From the NCBI GenBank assembly GCA_019057815.1, contig JAHLWR010000012.1:1-64000 (forward strand): a stretch of DNA of 64,000 nt, given 5' to 3'. Shown here one piece after another: positions 60,553 to 64,000 of the stretch. The notes below the pieces were generated by a model. It was given only the letters and a program-made list of their open reading frames with translations. It searched no databases and was not told the DNA's origin. This DNA comes from Candidatus Heimdallarchaeota archaeon (GTDB lineage: Archaea > Asgardarchaeota > Heimdallarchaeia > Heimdallarchaeales > Heimdallarchaeaceae). Made by a program: the position numbers and the translations under genes. Position 1 is the first letter of the stretch, and each line of letters starts with the position of its first letter.

Positions 60553-61050
60553 TTGACAACTAAGAAAACACATCCATCTTTGGGTTTAACACTTTTGAAG
60601 CAGTTTAAAGAAGAATGGGGTATGATTAAGCAAGGAATCAATATAATTCCCGATGATAAATGGTCTAAAGTGAATAATGATTGGAGTTTCTCATGGACCG
60701 TGCATCATATTATAGAAGCAGCTGATTTCTATTCTAGAAGTACAGCTGATGGGATGAAATGGGGATCAATAGCTAATATTGACTGGGACAATGATTCAAA
60801 AGAAATAATAGAAAAAAAGAAATCAAAAGTGACTAAAGCGGAATTACTTAGTTACACAGAAGAAGTCGGTAAGAGATTATCAGAAATTTTGAAAAAATTA
60901 AGTGATGAAGAATTAATGAGGAAGGATGGTTTTGACTGGTTTGAATCAATCTTTGAAAAACTAGTTTATTTATTAAGACACAATGCACATCATATAGGGG
61001 AATTAGCTAGAACACTCAGAGAATGGGATTGTGAAAGAATAAAATGGTGA
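60553..61050 (+). CDS. DinB-family protein
   Basis: Four-helix pattern, HII, RHNAHHIGEL. Confidence 0.82.
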   Translation: MTTKKTHPSLGLTLLKQFKEEWGMIKQGINIIPDDKWSKVNNDWSFSWTVHHIIEAADFYSRSTADGMKWGSIANIDWDNDSKEIIEKKKSKVTKAELLSYTEEVGKRLSEILKKLSDEELMRKDGFDWFESIFEKLVYLLRHNAHHIGELARTLREWDCERIKW

Positions 61051-61218
61051 GTAGATTGATACTCATAAATTATTAGTTTACAAAACGTAAAATGGCATTT
61101 CACATATATAAATCAGTTTTTCGATAGTAATCAATGTATTTTTTTTTGATTAAGTTTATATTATAGTTTACCTACTCTATTGGTACAACATTTAATTACA
61201 AAATAAAAGGTTTCTAAA

Positions 61219-62067
61219 ATGAAAAAATCTGCTATATCAATAACATTATTATTTCTTCTTTTATTCAGCTTGTTTACCGTAAGCACAACACAAGCAATGG
61301 ATGAACCGGATGAATGGTTTTTCTCTGACGACCTAGTTCCTGGAAGGGAATTTAGTTGGAAATTAGAAAAATTTGAAGGCTTTGAAACTGGAGGACTAGA
61401 TATAACACTTGATGATCAAATGCAAGAAGGAGATTTTTTAAAAGTGAAATTCCTTCAAGATCCAGATGATATAGGTATAGATAATCCATTGGAACTTTTC
61501 ACTACTAGTGAAATGTGGGGAGAGTTTTATATAAATGATAACATAATTACAACTAATGCGTCAGATATATTATTGTTTCAAGTTGGTGTAACAGAGTATT
61601 TATCAATAATGTTCACAATGCTCTTTATGCCAGTCACGATTATATATGGGAACACTACCGAAAATTTCTTTGAATTGGCAGTAGAGGATGAATTTTTTAC
61701 TGATTTTTCTACTTCAATCAATGGTATGTCTTCTTCTTATTCTTTTGCTTTAAATAAAGACCTTTTCATTTCTAAATCTGAAAGTCATGCAGATTATTCT
61801 GAAGGAGATATGTCAATAAAATTTGATGTCTCAACTGAAATTAGTTTTCACATATATCTTGGTATTTTGTATAAATATCAAACGGATATTAGTATGGAAT
61901 TTACAGGGATACCAGATTCTGAAGATGTTTTTACAGAAACACATATGATTTTTAAAAGTACTGAAACTGCTTCTGGTGATGGTATTACTATACCTTTTAA
62001 TTGGTTCTATGGTGTTCTTGGATTCCTCCTAATTGGATTAATAGCTAGTATTATAAAAAGAAGATAA
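61219..62067 (+). CDS. Secreted/membrane-anchored hypothetical protein
   Basis: Signal peptide, acidic body, C-terminal TM plus KRR. Confidence 0.75.
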   Translation: MKKSAISITLLFLLLFSLFTVSTTQAMDEPDEWFFSDDLVPGREFSWKLEKFEGFETGGLDITLDDQMQEGDFLKVKFLQDPDDIGIDNPLELFTTSEMWGEFYINDNIITTNASDILLFQVGVTEYLSIMFTMLFMPVTIIYGNTTENFFELAVEDEFFTDFSTSINGMSSSYSFALNKDLFISKSESHADYSEGDMSIKFDVSTEISFHIYLGILYKYQTDISMEFTGIPDSEDVFTETHMIFKSTETASGDGITIPFNWFYGVLGFLLIGLIASIIKRR

Positions 62068-62114
62068 ATCTTTTTCTTTCTTTTTTTGTTAAAACTTCTT
62101 AAAACAAGGTAACA

Positions 62115-63395
62115 TCAAGATTTATCAGTTTCTCTTAAATATCTACACACATCTTTGTATGCTTTCTCTTCAAGATTCTTTAGTAACACACTTTTTTTCT
62201 CTTGTAGATATTCTTCAATGTAAGGAACTGTGGTTTTTCCTAAATGCAGTTTCTTCCTTTCTAAATCATCCATTTCTAAAAGATCTTTTGTATACGTATT
62301 TAGAAAATTAGCAGTTTGATTCAACTCTCGTATTTCTAATTTTGAGCTTTTAACAAAGAATCTTTTAAGATATTCGATTCTATGCAATAATTCAGATAGC
62401 TTAAGATTAGTTCTAATTCTCCCTTCTGGAACATATCGCTTAGCTGTGTAATCTATCTCTAATTCATGTCCTTTTTTATATCCCTTAATCTCTGGCCATA
62501 TTAACCCCATTTCCTTGAATTTCTCATAATCCAAATTGCCATATTTATTGTTATTTCCATATAACAGCTCATATTTTGGTAATAAATCAGGAAAATGTTC
62601 TTTGACTGTATTCATGAATTCATTTTTATTCTTTCCTGGTTTTAATGTAAGACCCCAACAATAAACGAATTCTGCTCCTACATCTTTTGCTGTTTTGTAA
62701 ATTGCATTCATATTTTCATCTGTATCACCTAAAAATGGTAGAGTGGGATAGAAATAGATCCCTGAATGAATCCCTTCTTCTCTTAGTATCTCTATTGCTT
62801 CGAATCGTTCTTGAGAAGTACTAGCTCTTGGTTCGAATATCTTCTGCTCTTTTTCATCATTTAATGTTATTGTAAAGCTTGCACACGCATAACTTTCTTC
62901 ATTGATTTTTTTAAGAAGATCTAAATCCCGTAGAATGAGATGGCTTTTTGTCAGAAAATAGACAGGAAACTTGTAGTCATACGCTATCTGTAGAAGCTTC
63001 CTAGTCATTTTTACTTCCTTTTCAGCTGGCTGGTAGACATCACAGACTCCTCCTCCAATAAACAAAACGAATTTACCAGGTTGATTTGAACTAGCTGAAT
63101 CTCGTAAAGAGGGAAAGAAGTCGACTAAAGTGGAAGTCCTTTCGCGTTTTGAAGGAAAAAAACCTTTTTTCTTAAGATACTGTTCGAGTAATTGAGGAGC
63201 GTTAATCTTAACTTTTATGCGATTGGCAAAATCATCGTGCATGTAATAACCTTCAGATTTACCATCACAATATTTGCAATCATGGAAACATCCTTGATAA
63301 GGATTGAGATATGCTTCTGACCAAGAGAAGAGCGATGTTCTTGAAGTTCGTATTAATGATTTTGCTTCATACTCTTCAATTATCATTATAACCAC
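62115..63395 (-). CDS. Radical SAM protein (SplB/Rv2578c-like)
   Basis: NPYQGCFHDCKYC, D.YQPAE, TKS.LILRD, FEPRA. Confidence 0.88.
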   Translation of the reverse strand: MVIMIIEEYEAKSLIRTSRTSLFSWSEAYLNPYQGCFHDCKYCDGKSEGYYMHDDFANRIKVKINAPQLLEQYLKKKGFFPSKRERTSTLVDFFPSLRDSASSNQPGKFVLFIGGGVCDVYQPAEKEVKMTRKLLQIAYDYKFPVYFLTKSHLILRDLDLLKKINEESYACASFTITLNDEKEQKIFEPRASTSQERFEAIEILREEGIHSGIYFYPTLPFLGDTDENMNAIYKTAKDVGAEFVYCWGLTLKPGKNKNEFMNTVKEHFPDLLPKYELLYGNNNKYGNLDYEKFKEMGLIWPEIKGYKKGHELEIDYTAKRYVPEGRIRTNLKLSELLHRIEYLKRFFVKSSKLEIRELNQTANFLNTYTKDLLEMDDLERKKLHLGKTTVPYIEEYLQEKKSVLLKNLEEKAYKDVCRYLRETDKS

Positions 63396-63516
63396 TTTAC
63401 CTTTTCTTCTTACAATAGTTTTGAATATTTAAGAGCTTATTCTATACAAATGAGGAGTTATAAAATGCTAGCTATTTACACTATTGATAAACTTGCTTAA
63501 AAATAGTCTAAATAGT

Positions 63517-64000
63517 TTAATAATCGTCCGATTCTAGTTTTTCTTTCTTGTCTTTGATGACAATCTGTTCAACCAATCTTGTGAAAACAATATCAACATT
63601 TTCTCCTGTTAAAGCTGAAGTTTCGATGTATGGGACCTCATATCCCGACCAAACACTCAATTCTTCAGCGTATTGTTTTCCATATTTAGGAAGCATCGTT
63701 TCTTTGTTACTTCGAAGATCTACTTTATTTCCAATCAAAACAATTGGTAATCTTTTATTCTTATTGTTACTTACTAATTCTGCAATCCAGTTAGGTAGTA
63801 ATCTGAATGTTTCAATTCTTGTTAAGTCGAATAAAACAAGAGCACCTCTACAGCCTCTATAGTAAGCTTTACGAATGTCTTTGAACAAAGGTTGACCTGC
63901 AAGATCCCAAATAAGCAAATTATATTGGATATTGTTCAAGCTGATTTTTTTAGAAGCGAAATCTGATCCCATGGTTAGAATATAGTCTTCTTTGAAAGTT
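63517..64000 (-). CDS. Rab/Ras-like small GTPase, 5'-truncated by the window edge
   Basis: Y..T.G.DF (G2), IWDLAGQ (G3), YYRG, GNKVDL (G4), ETSA (G5); frame open to the window end. Confidence 0.92.
   Translation of the reverse strand, partial: TFKEDYILTMGSDFASKKISLNNIQYNLLIWDLAGQPLFKDIRKAYYRGCRGALVLFDLTRIETFRLLPNWIAELVSNNKNKRLPIVLIGNKVDLRSNKETMLPKYGKQYAEELSVWSGYEVPYIETSALTGENVDIVFTRLVEQIVIKDKKEKLESDDY

Noticed and set aside
189-63862. Numerous short antisense or overlapping ORFs in the ORF track
   Set aside because: They are shadows of well-supported genes on the other strand or frame, with no recognisable motifs.

Overview
AT-rich archaeal genomic window, probably from an Asgard (Heimdallarchaeia-like) archaeon. 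That assignment is inferred from a Rab-like small GTPase, many C-terminally anchored NosD/Ig-like surface proteins, TrmB/ThiR regulators, a tungsten AOR cluster and TATA-driven leaderless genes. Most of the window is metabolic and transport genes: P-type ATPase, thiamine ABC transporter with ThiR, TsaC, TldD/TldE, AOR-MoaD-radical SAM, ArsM, dihydropyrimidinase, ABC/MFS transporters and HEPN-MNT. The standout is a ~1.54 kb element (5629-7166) whose only gene is a CRISPR type I-B-like cas1, split by a 4-bp duplication. It is bounded by perfect 41-bp terminal inverted repeats and carries six copies of a 19-bp palindrome GTCG-N11-CGAC. It has no cas2, array or PolB, and it replaces ~1.9 kb of a tandemly duplicated CxxC/ATPase locus. 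Copies of its end sequence (GGTCAACAGATAGTT...) recur at four or more other sites, twice as direct repeats around an orphan gene. This suggests a minimal Cas1-associated, casposon-like mobile element family. Other observations: a recurring pattern of diverged gene-fragment direct repeats bracketing accessory genes, a ~300-nt GC-rich structured ncRNA candidate, a HEPN-like orphan in a repeat-flanked cassette, unannotated small ORFs including a half-LIM-like zinc finger, and several single-site reading-frame disruptions. Protein assignments come from motif recognition only; no searches were run.
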